Assembly: GCA_029859145.1 (NCBI GenBank)
Contig: JAOUDT010000001.1
Span: forward strand, 1-39,326
Reading direction: 5' to 3'
Origin: Dehalococcoidia bacterium
Lineage (GTDB): Bacteria > Chloroflexota > Dehalococcoidia > GIF9 > AB-539-J10
Length of the DNA stretch: 39,326 nt
The position numbers and the translations under genes are program-made. Below the pieces are notes generated by a model. That model ran no database searches and was not told the origin of the DNA. It was given only the letters and a program-made list of their open reading frames with translations. Shown here one piece after another: positions 31,018-39,326 of this stretch (its first letter is position 1; each line of letters opens with the position of its first letter).

Positions 31018-31091
31018 TGGCTGGGGATCCAGGATTCGAACCTGGCCTAACTGATCCAGAGTCAGTCGTCCTACCGCTAGACTAATCCCCA
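31018..31091 (-). tRNA. tRNA-Gln (anticodon CTG), CCA encoded
   Basis: Manual fold: TGGGGAT TA GTCTAGCGGTAGGAC G ACTGA CTCTGGA TCAGT ... CCAGG TTCGAAT CCTGG ATCCCCA G CCA. The U1-A72 pair is typical of tRNA-Gln. Confidence 0.88.
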
Positions 31092-31101
31092 GTATGTTCA
31101 C

Positions 31102-31130
31102 ATTATAGCTGCTCCTCTCGTCTGAGGCAA
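31102..31130 (-). promoter_or_regulatory. Sigma-70-type promoter candidate (TTGCCT-17-TATAAT) for the tRNA-Gln/tRNA-Glu pair
   Basis: On the minus strand the -35 is at 31130-31125 and the -10 at 31107-31102. The tRNA-Gln 5' end lies 10 nt downstream of the -10. Confidence 0.5.
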
Positions 31131-31157
31131 CAGCACGATGCTTACAAAGTTGGGGTT

Positions 31158-31191
31158 AAAGAAAATCCAAAAAGACCGGCGCCCCGTTGTC
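31158..31191 (-). terminator. Intrinsic terminator after rpsI (bulged GC hairpin GACAACGGGGCGCCGGUC followed by UUUUUGGAUUUUCUUU)
   Basis: Seen directly, 22 nt after the rpsI stop. A U-rich tract is present. Confidence 0.55.
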
Positions 31192-31212
31192 AATCAATGG
31201 GTTGCAGCACGC

Positions 31213-31608
31213 TCACCGCTTAGTATATTGTGGTGCCTTGCGAGCTCGCTTGAGTCCGTATTTCTTGCGCTCTTTGATTCTGCTATCCCGAGTAAGCAGG
31301 CCTTCTTTACGTAACATGGGCTTGAACAGCTCGTTTTCTTTCGCCAGAGCTCGGGCAATTCCATGTCGAATAGCCCCAGCCTGACCGCTGAGGCCACCGC
31401 CCTTCACCTTCACCGTGACAAGAAACTTGCCCATGGTATTGGTAGCCTGCAGAGGATGTTCAATCATGTGGCGATGCTCGATGCGAGGGAAAGCTTCCTG
31501 ATAGGGCCTATCATTGACAATTATCTCCCCCTTGCCAGGCAAAAGCCTGGTCTGAGCTATAGCACACTTGCGTTTACCGGTTCCCCAAACGTAACTTTCC
31601 TCGCTCAT
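31213..31608 (-). CDS. rpsI: 30S ribosomal protein S9
   Basis: 131 aa. The C-terminus ...RKKYGLKRARKAPQYTKR and GGGLSGQAGAIRHGIARAL are diagnostic. Confidence 0.95.
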   Translation of the reverse strand: MSEESYVWGTGKRKCAIAQTRLLPGKGEIIVNDRPYQEAFPRIEHRHMIEHPLQATNTMGKFLVTVKVKGGGLSGQAGAIRHGIARALAKENELFKPMLRKEGLLTRDSRIKERKKYGLKRARKAPQYTKR

Positions 31609-31655
31609 AAATCATCACCTTTCCTGTAGTAATATTTCGCTTTCGTTGTTCTCGG

Positions 31656-32102
31656 TCATTCCGCGCCCTTCGCTTCGCCAGCGTGACTCAGCGGAGTCTG
31701 CGCCTGGTGAGGGTGCTCATCTCCAGGATAAACCTTCAGTTTCTTGAACATAGCTCTGCCTAGACGATTATGAGGCAGCATTCCTTTAACCGCCAGCTCA
31801 ATCACACGGCTGGGATCTTTATCAAATACGTCCTTGAAGGCTGGGCTCTTTAACCCGCCGGGGTATCCCGAGTATCTATAATAAATCTTTTGTTCGGGTT
31901 TCTTTCCAGTCACCTTTACTTTGGCAGCATTAATTACCACCACATAATCACCGGTATCAATATAAGGGGCATAAAGCGGCTTATGCTTGCCCATGAGCAA
32001 ACTAGCTGCCTCTGTCGCTACCTTTCCCAGAGTCCTATCCGCGGCATCAATCACCCACCACTGCCGCTCGATGTCTTTAGCTTTAGTACTATAAGTTTTC
32101 AT
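31656..32102 (-). CDS. rplM: 50S ribosomal protein L13
   Basis: Start chosen at [20 protein letters not shown]. The ORF track extends to 32183. Confidence 0.93.
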   Translation of the reverse strand: MKTYSTKAKDIERQWWVIDAADRTLGKVATEAASLLMGKHKPLYAPYIDTGDYVVVINAAKVKVTGKKPEQKIYYRYSGYPGGLKSPAFKDVFDKDPSRVIELAVKGMLPHNRLGRAMFKKLKVYPGDEHPHQAQTPLSHAGEAKGAE

Positions 32103-32127
32103 TTCCTCAGATAAATTCAGAACAGGG

Positions 32128-32916
32128 CTACCTCCCCAGAGCCTTAGGATAATTGACCTTCTCAAGACATAAGCCACATCCAAGGGACAAGGGCCCGGCT
32201 AAACCCAAACTCCTGGACTCCATTATATCACGAAAATCTGCGATGCCTATCTTACCCAGGCCCAGCCTGATCAAAAGACCTACCGTGCTTCGTACCTGGT
32301 GAGGCAGAAAAGAGTTAGCCACGATACGGAAAACGACAAAATCTCCCTTCTTCTCGATTCCCGCTTCATGGACACTGCGCACCGTGCTCCTGCTATCATC
32401 AAGAGAACTGGCAAAGGAGGCAAAATCATGCTCACCTTGAATAAGCTGGCAAGCCTCATTCATCGTCTGTATGTCCAGCATTTTGGGCACAAACAAAGCG
32501 AACCTTCGACTGAACGGTGAGCGGGCGTTGCTATTTAGAATATAATAACGGTACTCCCGGCTCAGAGCATCGCCCCTGACATTAAAATCATCGCCAGCCC
32601 TGTAAGCCGCCTTTACTGCGATATCACCGGGTAAATAATAGTTCAAAGCTCTAGCTAACGTCATAGTATCCAATGTTGATTTCGCCCAAAAGCTTACCAC
32701 TTGCCCCCTGGCATGGACACCGGTATCAGTTCTGCTGGCTGCCATGACCCGGCTGCTTTGCCCGCACAATCGCCCTATAGCTTGCTCAAGCTCACTTTGA
32801 ATGGTCGGCAGACCAAGTTGCCATTGAAAGCCGTAGTATTGGGTGCCGTCGTATTCGATGAGCAAAATGAACTTACTTGACCAATTCAATTTGAACCATT
32901 GGCGCGCTGTCCCCAC
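32128..32916 (-). CDS. truA: tRNA pseudouridine(38-40) synthase TruA
   Basis: Contains [16 protein letters not shown] and [13 protein letters not shown] (catalytic Asp). The start is uncertain. ATG at 32916 would overlap rplQ by 44 nt. An internal TTG at 32889 is possible. Confidence 0.88.
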   Translation of the reverse strand: MGTARQWFKLNWSSKFILLIEYDGTQYYGFQWQLGLPTIQSELEQAIGRLCGQSSRVMAASRTDTGVHARGQVVSFWAKSTLDTMTLARALNYYLPGDIAVKAAYRAGDDFNVRGDALSREYRYYILNSNARSPFSRRFALFVPKMLDIQTMNEACQLIQGEHDFASFASSLDDSRSTVRSVHEAGIEKKGDFVVFRIVANSFLPHQVRSTVGLLIRLGLGKIGIADFRDIMESRSLGLAGPLSLGCGLCLEKVNYPKALGR

Positions 32917-33226
32917 GGCGAGGTCCCAACTTCAGCAACCTTGTATAACCACCGCTACGGTCAGCATAGTTCGGAGCAATCTCGGCAAATAGCTTGTCAA
33001 CTACTCTCTTCTCAGTAACAAAAGCTAAGGCTTGCCTCCTCGAGGCAAGGCTGCCGTCTTTAGCCAGGGTGATCATCCTCTCTGCCAGGCTGCGAACTTC
33101 CCTGGCTTTGGCCTCAGTGGTGGTGATCTTTTCATGATCCAGAAGGGCAGTGACTTGATTTCGATATAAGGCCCACCTATGCCCTGTCGGCCTACTCAAG
33201 TGCCGTCCTGCTACCTTGTGCCTCAT
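32873..33226 (-). CDS. rplQ: 50S ribosomal protein L17
   Basis: [23 protein letters not shown] is diagnostic. The ATGA overlaps the rpoA stop. Confidence 0.95.
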   Translation of the reverse strand: MRHKVAGRHLSRPTGHRWALYRNQVTALLDHEKITTTEAKAREVRSLAERMITLAKDGSLASRRQALAFVTEKRVVDKLFAEIAPNYADRSGGYTRLLKLGPRRGDSAPMVQIELVK

Positions 33227-34143
33227 TCTTCCTTCTTTTCTGAAACAGGCGCGCCTAACTTCGCCATCAACTCTTCTACTTCGGCTCGAGATTTTGCCCC
33301 TAAACCTGGCAATGGCGGCAAACCTTCCTTGCCTTTCTCCAACAGTTGTCCCAACGTGAAAATTCCCGCTCTCTTCAAACTGTTATGGGAGCGAGTTGAT
33401 AAATTCAGTTCCTCCAGAGGGGTATCATATTGCTCGGCTGGAATCGGCAGTGCTCTAGCCATGGGAACCTCAAAATCCCTGAAGGAAGAAAACTGATTAA
33501 CCAAGATGCTAGCGCTTTGAGTAAGTGCCTCCCAGGGAAAGATCGTAGAATCGGTCCAAATCTCCAAGATGAGCTTCTCTGGACTTCCCTCCTGGCCAGG
33601 CCTGATAGATTCAACAGAGAAATTGATTTTGCGCACTGGGGTAAAGATGGCATCTACCGGCAGCGCTCCCACAGGTAACCCATCAGCTGACTTAGCCTGC
33701 ATATAACCCCTCCCCAGCTCGACGTTAAGTTCGACGTAAAGTTTGGCTTTGGAGGAGTCCAAAGAAGCTAAGTAAAGTTCAGGATTGGCAATGCGAAAGT
33801 CAGCCGACGGTTTAATATCAGCCGCGCTGACTTTGCCCTCCCCCTGTGCGTCTAGGATTAACTGGCCGGGCTGACGGGAAAGAGGGCATAGTCTCAGTTG
33901 CCTCACGTTCAGTAAGAACTCCATAACATCTTCCTTGACACGGGGAATAGGAGAGAACTCATGCTGAATTCCTTCGATCTTAACCCATGTTACCGCCGCA
34001 CCAGGCAATGAACCAAGAAGCACACGCCGCAAGGCATTCCCTAAGGTGACGCCAAAACCAGGCTCGAGAGGTTCAGCAAGAAAACGGCCATGATTAACAC
34101 TACTTTCAATACAAGTTACAGCGGGGATAGACAGTTCGGGCAT
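33223..34143 (-). CDS. rpoA: DNA-directed RNA polymerase subunit alpha
   Basis: 306 aa. The N-terminal domain contains [15 protein letters not shown]. The C-terminal domain contains [23 protein letters not shown]. Confidence 0.95.
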   Translation of the reverse strand: MPELSIPAVTCIESSVNHGRFLAEPLEPGFGVTLGNALRRVLLGSLPGAAVTWVKIEGIQHEFSPIPRVKEDVMEFLLNVRQLRLCPLSRQPGQLILDAQGEGKVSAADIKPSADFRIANPELYLASLDSSKAKLYVELNVELGRGYMQAKSADGLPVGALPVDAIFTPVRKINFSVESIRPGQEGSPEKLILEIWTDSTIFPWEALTQSASILVNQFSSFRDFEVPMARALPIPAEQYDTPLEELNLSTRSHNSLKRAGIFTLGQLLEKGKEGLPPLPGLGAKSRAEVEELMAKLGAPVSEKKEE

Positions 34144-34146
34144 AGA

Positions 34147-34779
34147 TCACCTCGAGTAATATTCGACAACTGCTTTCACGTTAAACTTGCCTTCAACATC
34201 ATCCTTGCCAGGCAAACTTAACACCTTGCCTGTCATGCTCTCTTTGTCCAAGCTTAACCAGTTGGGGATGAATTTTCCTTCAATTTCTTCAGCCAGTCTT
34301 TTGTAGTATTCCGTTTTCTTACTGGATTCGCACCATGCTATGACATCTCCCGCTTTCACCAGAAAGGAGGGAATAGCTGCCCTGCGTCCATTGACCATTA
34401 TGTGGCCGTGCCCAACTATTTGCCTGGCTTGAGCATGTGAATCAGCAAAACCCAAGCGATAAACCACGCTATCCAGTCTTCTTTCCAGCAATATCAGAAG
34501 AGTCTCTCCGGTGGCACCCGGTCTTTTCTTGGCCTCTTCAAAAAACCTGCGAAATTGCCGCTCCAAAACACCGTAGCTAAAACGAAGCCTCTGCTTTTCG
34601 CGCAACTGAAGTCCGCGGTCGGAAGTCCCACCGCGCCTGCGAGTCGGTGGATGCTCCCCCGGCGGACTATTCCTCTTCTCCACGGGACATTTAGGTGTCG
34701 CGCATTTCTCGCCCTTGAGCATCAGTTTGTCCCCGAAACGGCGACACAGGCGACAAGTTGGTCCTATGTAGCGAGCCAT
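34147..34779 (-). CDS. rpsD: 30S ribosomal protein S4
   Basis: Start chosen at MARYIGPTCRLCRRFG (GGAGGG SD). The ORF track extends to 34818. Confidence 0.95.
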   Translation of the reverse strand: MARYIGPTCRLCRRFGDKLMLKGEKCATPKCPVEKRNSPPGEHPPTRRRGGTSDRGLQLREKQRLRFSYGVLERQFRRFFEEAKKRPGATGETLLILLERRLDSVVYRLGFADSHAQARQIVGHGHIMVNGRRAAIPSFLVKAGDVIAWCESSKKTEYYKRLAEEIEGKFIPNWLSLDKESMTGKVLSLPGKDDVEGKFNVKAVVEYYSR

Positions 34780-34780
34780 T

Positions 34781-35155
34781 CTATACCCTCCGCCTGCCCT
34801 TCGGACGACAGCCATCATGGGGAATAGGAGTCACATCTCTAATGGCTGTAACGGTAATGCCGGCGGCCTGTAGGGCGCGGATAGCTGCTTCTCGTCCGCT
34901 ACCAGGGCCTTTAATATACACTTCGACTCGATGCAAACCATCACCCATCGCCCGGTGTGCTGCATCCCTCGCGGCTATCTGGGCAGCGTAGGGCGTTCCT
35001 TTCCGAGAGCCCTTAAATCCGGCAGTCCCAGAACTTCCCCAGGCAACAACATTGCCTTCCATATCCGTAATAGTCACAATAGTATTGTTAAAACTAGATT
35101 GGATGTAGGCTTTGCCTTCGCTAACCTTTTTATGGGCTTTCTTCTTCCTTGGCAT
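34781..35155 (-). CDS. rpsK: 30S ribosomal protein S11
   Basis: Contains [16 protein letters not shown] and [13 protein letters not shown]. Confidence 0.95.
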   Translation of the reverse strand: MPRKKKAHKKVSEGKAYIQSSFNNTIVTITDMEGNVVAWGSSGTAGFKGSRKGTPYAAQIAARDAAHRAMGDGLHRVEVYIKGPGSGREAAIRALQAAGITVTAIRDVTPIPHDGCRPKGRRRV

Positions 35156-35172
35156 CTGTCAAAACAATCTCC

Positions 35173-35562
35173 TTATTTCTTAGCTACACCACGCTTTTGA
35201 CCCCTGCCGGCCACTGTTTTCTTCGGCCCTTTCTTAGTTCGGGCGTTCGTGCGCGTCCTCTGTCCGTGGACTGGCAGCCTCATGCGGTGTCTTGTGCCTC
35301 GGTAGCAGCCAATTTCAATGAGCCGCTTTATATTGGATTGAACCTCTCTCCTGAGGTCACCCTCCACTCTGTACTGTTTGTCAATAGCATCTCGAATCTG
35401 GCCAACTTGCTCTTCGCTCAGATCTTTGACCCTCAGGCCTGGAGCAATGCCCGTGGCAGCCATAATGTGCTTGCTTGATGTTGAACCGATGCCATAAATG
35501 CTCTGCAAAGCTACCCAAATTGGCTTCTCTTTGGGAAGGTCTACGCCAGCAATACGTGCCAT
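35173..35562 (-). CDS. rpsM: 30S ribosomal protein S13
   Basis: Contains [13 protein letters not shown] and [23 protein letters not shown]. Confidence 0.95.
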   Translation of the reverse strand: MARIAGVDLPKEKPIWVALQSIYGIGSTSSKHIMAATGIAPGLRVKDLSEEQVGQIRDAIDKQYRVEGDLRREVQSNIKRLIEIGCYRGTRHRMRLPVHGQRTRTNARTKKGPKKTVAGRGQKRGVAKK

Positions 35563-35568
35563 TGCCTA

Positions 35569-35682
35569 CTACCCTTGCCTCTGCTTGTGCTTCGGATTTT
35601 CACAGATAACCCTAACCACACCCTCCCGCCTGATAACCTTGCATTTTCGGCATATCGGCTTGACTGAAGCTCTTACTTTCAT
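35569..35682 (-). CDS. rpmJ: 50S ribosomal protein L36
   Basis: Not in the ORF track (37 aa). Own translation: [37 protein letters not shown]. Confidence 0.92.
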   Translation of the reverse strand: MKVRASVKPICRKCKVIRREGVVRVICENPKHKQRQG

Positions 35683-35740
35683 TATAGAATCACCACGCAA
35701 ACAAACCTTTATAATAAACTTTCTTAGTCAAACTGTCAAA

Positions 35741-35959
35741 CTATTTGAGTCGATAGGTAACTCTGCCCCGGCTCAGGTCATAAGGGGAAAGTTCCACCAG
35801 AACCCTATCCCCAGGCAAAATCTTGATGTAGTGCTTTCTCATTTTGCCCGATATATGAGCCAATACCTGATGTCCGTTGGCCAATTCCACACGAAACATT
35901 GTGTTAGGTAGGACTGTAGTCACCTTGCCTTCGACTTCTATTCTCTCTCTCTTAGCCAT
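35741..35959 (-). CDS. infA: Translation initiation factor IF-1
   Basis: 72 aa. Contains [47 protein letters not shown]. Confidence 0.95.
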   Translation of the reverse strand: MAKRERIEVEGKVTTVLPNTMFRVELANGHQVLAHISGKMRKHYIKILPGDRVLVELSPYDLSRGRVTYRLK

Positions 35960-35973
35960 TTCTTATGTATTGT

Positions 35974-36711
35974 CTATACAAGTATCTCAGCTTCGTTGTC
36001 AGTTATGGCAATGGTATGTTCAAAGTGTGCTGACAAGCTTCCATCAGCCGTAAGCACCGTCCATTGATTAGCTCCCAGCCTAGTGTGCCAATCTCCAGCA
36101 TTGACCATAGGCTCGATAGCCAGCGTCATACCTTTACGAAGCAAGGAACCTTTGCCGAATACAAAATTAGGTATCTGGGGTTCCTCGTGCAAGTCCCGAC
36201 CTACTCCATGTCCGGTATATTCTCTAACCACGGAAAATCCTTTTGACTCAACATAACGTTGAACGGCAGATGAGATATCTCCCACCCATGCTCCGCCTAT
36301 CGCTTGAGCGATGCCCGACGCCAAACTAACTTCTGTAACCGCGACGAGATCTTCGGCCTCCTTACTTATCCGTCCCACGCCAACGGTTATGGCAGCATCG
36401 GTATGAAATCCGTTGAGCCTTGCTCCCACATCTAAAGAAACGATGTCTCCTTCCTGTAGTATCCGTTCACCGGGAATGCCGTGGACTATTTCATCGTTTA
36501 CGGAAACGCATAAATTCGCAGGGAAGCCACGATAGTTCTTAAAAGAAGGAATAACTCCTCTCTTTTTCGATTCCTCAGCCATGATCATGTCCAACTGCGC
36601 AGTCTTAGTCCCCGCTCTTACTTCGGCTCTCAGTCTATCTAGAACAGCAGCCAGGATTTTACCACACTTCCTCATAACAGCTATTTCCTCGTCGGATTTT
36701 ATGATCACCAT
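35974..36711 (-). CDS. map: Type I methionine aminopeptidase
   Basis: 245 aa. Contains VHGIP, DVGA, HGVG and EPM metal-site motifs. Confidence 0.93.
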   Translation of the reverse strand: MVIIKSDEEIAVMRKCGKILAAVLDRLRAEVRAGTKTAQLDMIMAEESKKRGVIPSFKNYRGFPANLCVSVNDEIVHGIPGERILQEGDIVSLDVGARLNGFHTDAAITVGVGRISKEAEDLVAVTEVSLASGIAQAIGGAWVGDISSAVQRYVESKGFSVVREYTGHGVGRDLHEEPQIPNFVFGKGSLLRKGMTLAIEPMVNAGDWHTRLGANQWTVLTADGSLSAHFEHTIAITDNEAEILV

Positions 36712-36790
36712 AGATTCTATCCCTGCTCATTTCCGATGTCATTCTAACTAAGCCTAGCTACCAGAGAGTCTCCGGGACTCTTCGCTTTGC

Positions 36791-37447
36791 TCAGTGTGAC
36801 ATTGATGCTCTGAGCCCAGAGATTATTTGTCTAGCTACCCCCTGCATTTCCAAGTTACCATTGACCCTGATCAGTTTACCTTGTTTTTCGTAATAATCAA
36901 GTATGGGGACAGTTTGAGCAAGGAAAACACTAAGTCGTTGCTTTACTGTTTCCTCTCTGTCGTCAGAACGTTGGTACAGTTCACCACCGCATCTATCGCA
37001 TTTACCCGGCGTCTTGGGTGGCGAACTTGTCATATGGTACGGCGTCTGACAAGCCCGGCAAAGCCATCTCCCGCTGAGGCGTTTCACTAGCTCCTCATCA
37101 GGCACCCCGATGTATATTGCTTTATCTATGCTTTTTCCTTGCTGCCCAAGAGCTTTGTCCAGGGCCTTAGCTTGCTGCAACGTCCGGGGAAAACCGTCAA
37201 AAACGCAGCCAGAGATACAGTCAGGCTGGTCAATTCTCTCCAGAATCATTTTCATGGTTATCTCATCAGGAACCAGTTCTCCTTTGTCCATATGGCTCTT
37301 CGCCAGGAGGCCAATATCCGTCCTTTTCTCCAACGCCTGCCGAAACAAATCCCCGGAGGCTATATGAGGCAAATTCATATCCTGGGAGAGGATATCTGCC
37401 TGAGTTCCCTTCCCTGCCCCCGGAGCGCCCAGCATAACAATGTACAT
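36791..37447 (-). CDS. adk: Adenylate kinase (zinc-lid type, CxxC...CxxC)
   Basis: The P-loop is GAPGAGKGTQ. The lid is CRAC...CDRCG. The start overlaps the secY stop (TAATG). Confidence 0.95.
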   Translation of the reverse strand: MYIVMLGAPGAGKGTQADILSQDMNLPHIASGDLFRQALEKRTDIGLLAKSHMDKGELVPDEITMKMILERIDQPDCISGCVFDGFPRTLQQAKALDKALGQQGKSIDKAIYIGVPDEELVKRLSGRWLCRACQTPYHMTSSPPKTPGKCDRCGGELYQRSDDREETVKQRLSVFLAQTVPILDYYEKQGKLIRVNGNLEMQGVARQIISGLRASMSH

Positions 37448-38751
37448 TATTTCAAGAAACCCTCGTAGCGGCGCATGGTTAGCTGGGCCTCTAGTTGCTT
37501 CATGGTATCCAAGGCCACACCGACAGCTATGAGCATGGCGGTGCTCTGAATTAGCAAATCAACACCCGTAATTCTTTGAGTAATAAAGGGCAGAATTGCC
37601 ACTATAGCTAGGAAGAGGGCTCCGCCAAAAGTAATGCGCCTTATAATTCCATTCAAATAGTCAGCCGTTGTCTTCCCGGGCCGAACTCCAGGGACGAAGC
37701 CGCCTTGCTGCTGCAGAGTCTGAGGCAGGTTCATTTGCTCAAATATAACCATAGTGTAGAACAAGGTGAAACCGATTACCAAGGCAAAATACAAGATCTG
37801 GTACAGCACGGTATTAGACTGAAACAGATTGAAGACGGTATTCCAGAAATTTGGGTCCTGGCCAGATGGGTTCATGAAATACGTAGCTACCGTAGCGGGG
37901 AGCTGCATTAAGGCAATGGCGAAAATGAGCGGTATCATTCCTGCAGTGTTGACTCGCAGGGGGACGTAGGTGGAACCCGATTGGCGATACATGCGGCCAC
38001 CGCGAAAACTGCTCCGAGCATACTGCACAGGAATACGGCGATGAGCTTCAACAAATATGACTATAAGCACTATCATAGCTAGGGATAAAACAACGTAGGT
38101 GATCAACCCACCAGGATTTCCGCCGACAGCGGCAATAATGCCACGACCCACTATCCCGGGAATGTCAGTCACGATACCAGCAAAGATTATTATCGATATC
38201 CCATTCCCAATTCCGCGCTCAGTAATCAACTCACCCAGCCACACGAGGAACATTGTGCCAGCGATCATCGTTACTACTATATTAACCATGGTCAGCGGGA
38301 CAATGTCTTGAGTGACTCCCTGGGAACGCAGCAAAGCAATCATGGCGTAGCTTTGCAGGGCAGCCAGCGGTATAGTGGCTATATGAGTAATTCGATTGAT
38401 TCTCTGCTGACCGAGTTCCCCCTCCTGAGATATAGCCTGAAGTCTGGGTATCACCGGAACCAGCAACTGCATAATTATGGAGGCAGTGATGTACGGGTAG
38501 ACGCCCAGGGCGGCCACACTGAATTTCTCCATAGCACCGCCCGTGAAAAGGTCAAGCATGCCAAAGAGAGGGCTTCCCGCGAAGTATTCCTGCAACTTGG
38601 CAAGGTCCACGCCGGGCAAGGGAACGTGAGTTACAAAACGGAAAACGACAAGGATGCCGATAGTGAAAAGGATTCTTCGCCGCAGATCAGGCAATGCCCA
38701 TATATCCATCATTGCCTGGACAAGTCGCGGTCGGGTCGTTTTCCGCTCCAT
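37447..38751 (-). CDS. secY: Preprotein translocase subunit SecY
   Basis: 434 aa, multi-TM. Contains LGVYPYITASIIMQLL and ERGIGNGISIIIFAGI. Confidence 0.95.
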   Translation of the reverse strand: MERKTTRPRLVQAMMDIWALPDLRRRILFTIGILVVFRFVTHVPLPGVDLAKLQEYFAGSPLFGMLDLFTGGAMEKFSVAALGVYPYITASIIMQLLVPVIPRLQAISQEGELGQQRINRITHIATIPLAALQSYAMIALLRSQGVTQDIVPLTMVNIVVTMIAGTMFLVWLGELITERGIGNGISIIIFAGIVTDIPGIVGRGIIAAVGGNPGGLITYVVLSLAMIVLIVIFVEAHRRIPVQYARSSFRGGRMYRQSGSTYVPLRVNTAGMIPLIFAIALMQLPATVATYFMNPSGQDPNFWNTVFNLFQSNTVLYQILYFALVIGFTLFYTMVIFEQMNLPQTLQQQGGFVPGVRPGKTTADYLNGIIRRITFGGALFLAIVAILPFITQRITGVDLLIQSTAMLIAVGVALDTMKQLEAQLTMRRYEGFLK

Positions 38752-38752
38752 C

Positions 38753-39196
38753 CTAAGCCTGCTTTACGCTCCCTCCAGCGGCCACAATCTTTTTCTCTGC
38801 CGCCGAAGAGAATTTGTCAGCACTAACCAGCAATGGATGTTTGATATCGCCAGCGCCAAGAATTTTGGTGGGATGGTCCGTCGTATTAATCAACCCGGAG
38901 TGTAGCAATTCTTCGGGGGTCACTTCAGTTCCTGCGGAGAAAATAGCCAACTGCCCTACGTTGACTATATTGTATTCCGCTTTGAAGATGTTCGTGAATC
39001 CCCTCTTCCGCGGCAGGCGTTTTATCAACGGCAACTGACCGCCTTCAAAGCCGAGACGCACACCACCTCCTGAGCGAGCCTTTTGTCCTTTGCAGCCCCG
39101 GCCCGAATATGTGCCATGCCCGCTGCCATTTCCCCGACCTACGAACTTCTTCTTGTGCTTGGCACCTGGGGAAGGCTTTAGTTCATTCTGTTTCAT
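38753..39196 (-). CDS. rplO: 50S ribosomal protein L15
   Basis: 147 aa. Contains [24 protein letters not shown] and FEGGQLPL. Confidence 0.95.
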   Translation of the reverse strand: MKQNELKPSPGAKHKKKFVGRGNGSGHGTYSGRGCKGQKARSGGGVRLGFEGGQLPLIKRLPRKRGFTNIFKAEYNIVNVGQLAIFSAGTEVTPEELLHSGLINTTDHPTKILGAGDIKHPLLVSADKFSSAAEKKIVAAGGSVKQA

Positions 39197-39326
39197 CTAC
39201 CTTTTTCTTTCTGAGATTCCCCAGCAGTAACATCTGTGAGCGCCGGCTGATTTGTGCCTTCCTCGCTCTTCCTCAAGTTACTCAAGGCAAGCATTGTTGC
39301 CTTGGCTACATTGATCTTGCTTGGGC
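39193..39326 (-). CDS. rpsE: 30S ribosomal protein S5, C-terminal part (CDS runs off the right edge)
   Basis: Own translation: ...[52 protein letters not shown] is the conserved S5 C-terminal helix. The TGA stop overlaps the rplO ATG (ATGA). Confidence 0.75.
   Translation of the reverse strand, partial: PSKINVAKATMLALSNLRKSEEGTNQPALTDVTAGESQKEKGR

Noticed and set aside
1-39326. Scan for CRISPR arrays, IS elements, integrases, reverse transcriptases, toxin-antitoxin pairs or known defence genes
   Set aside because: None was recognisable in any frame. The only repeats found are the USP 5' duplication, the hsp20 11-mer and the tRNA-Val fragment.

Overview
The 39.3-kb bacterial window is gene-dense at about 50% GC. 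Gene content suggests an anaerobic, Chloroflexota/Dehalococcoidia-like organism, but that taxonomic guess is low confidence.

**Left third (1-9.6 kb).** All genes are on the minus strand and form a redox/stress array:
- a truncated RpoD-like sigma factor
- a 2x[4Fe-4S] ferredoxin
- a Crp/Fnr regulator
- a VOC/glyoxalase protein
- a ferritin-like diiron protein with a small Cys/His-rich partner
- a two-subunit 2-oxoacid:ferredoxin oxidoreductase
- an AhpD-like protein
- Hsp20
- two tandem universal stress proteins
- PfpI/DJ-1
- a stand-alone RAM-like protein
- an OmpR-type response regulator

**Middle (9.7-31 kb).** This part is accessory-like and holds:
- a cytoplasmic MEDS-PAS-PAS histidine kinase
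- an excisionase-type HTH gene in a gene-poor stretch
- a QueG-like plus HdrD-like Fe-S protein pair
- a DRG-type TGS GTPase
- a nitronate monooxygenase-like flavoprotein
- a small-gene cluster (DUF3096, CxxC zinc ribbon, RRM RNA-binding protein, SemiSWEET)
- a GNAT acetyltransferase
- a PadR operon
- a stand-alone C39-like peptidase
- a wHTH regulator
- two-subunit pyruvate carboxylase followed by a mini beta-carbonic-anhydrase-like ORF
- six tRNA genes, all with encoded CCA
- TrpS
- a secreted Ca-loop/CnaB-like protein
- an epoxide-hydrolase-type alpha/beta hydrolase

**Right end (31.2-39.3 kb).** This is the conserved ribosomal cluster: rpsE(partial)-rplO-secY-adk-map-infA-rpmJ-rpsM-rpsK-rpsD-rpoA-rplQ-truA-rplM-rpsI. 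There is no rpmD between rpsE and rplO.

**What I did not find.** I see no CRISPR array, integrase, transposase, reverse transcriptase or recognisable defence or toxin genes. I cannot honestly point to one clear novel multi-gene system.

**Strongest second-look items:**
1. The beta-CA-like mini protein coupled to pyruvate carboxylase.
2. A 12-bp helix that sequesters the SD and AUG upstream of the zinc-ribbon/RRM pair.
3. An exact 11-mer present three times around hsp20, which makes the 5' and 3' UTRs complementary.
4. A CRP-type site at class-II distance in front of the ferredoxin gene.
5. A perfect 28-bp palindrome over the padR promoter.
6. A 3' fragment of tRNA-Val lying 4.3 kb from the intact gene.
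7. A protein-coding gene embedded in a tRNA operon.
8. A translationally coupled CC...CC/His-rich mini-protein with a diiron protein.

All calls come from reading the sequence and motif recognition only. No searches were run.
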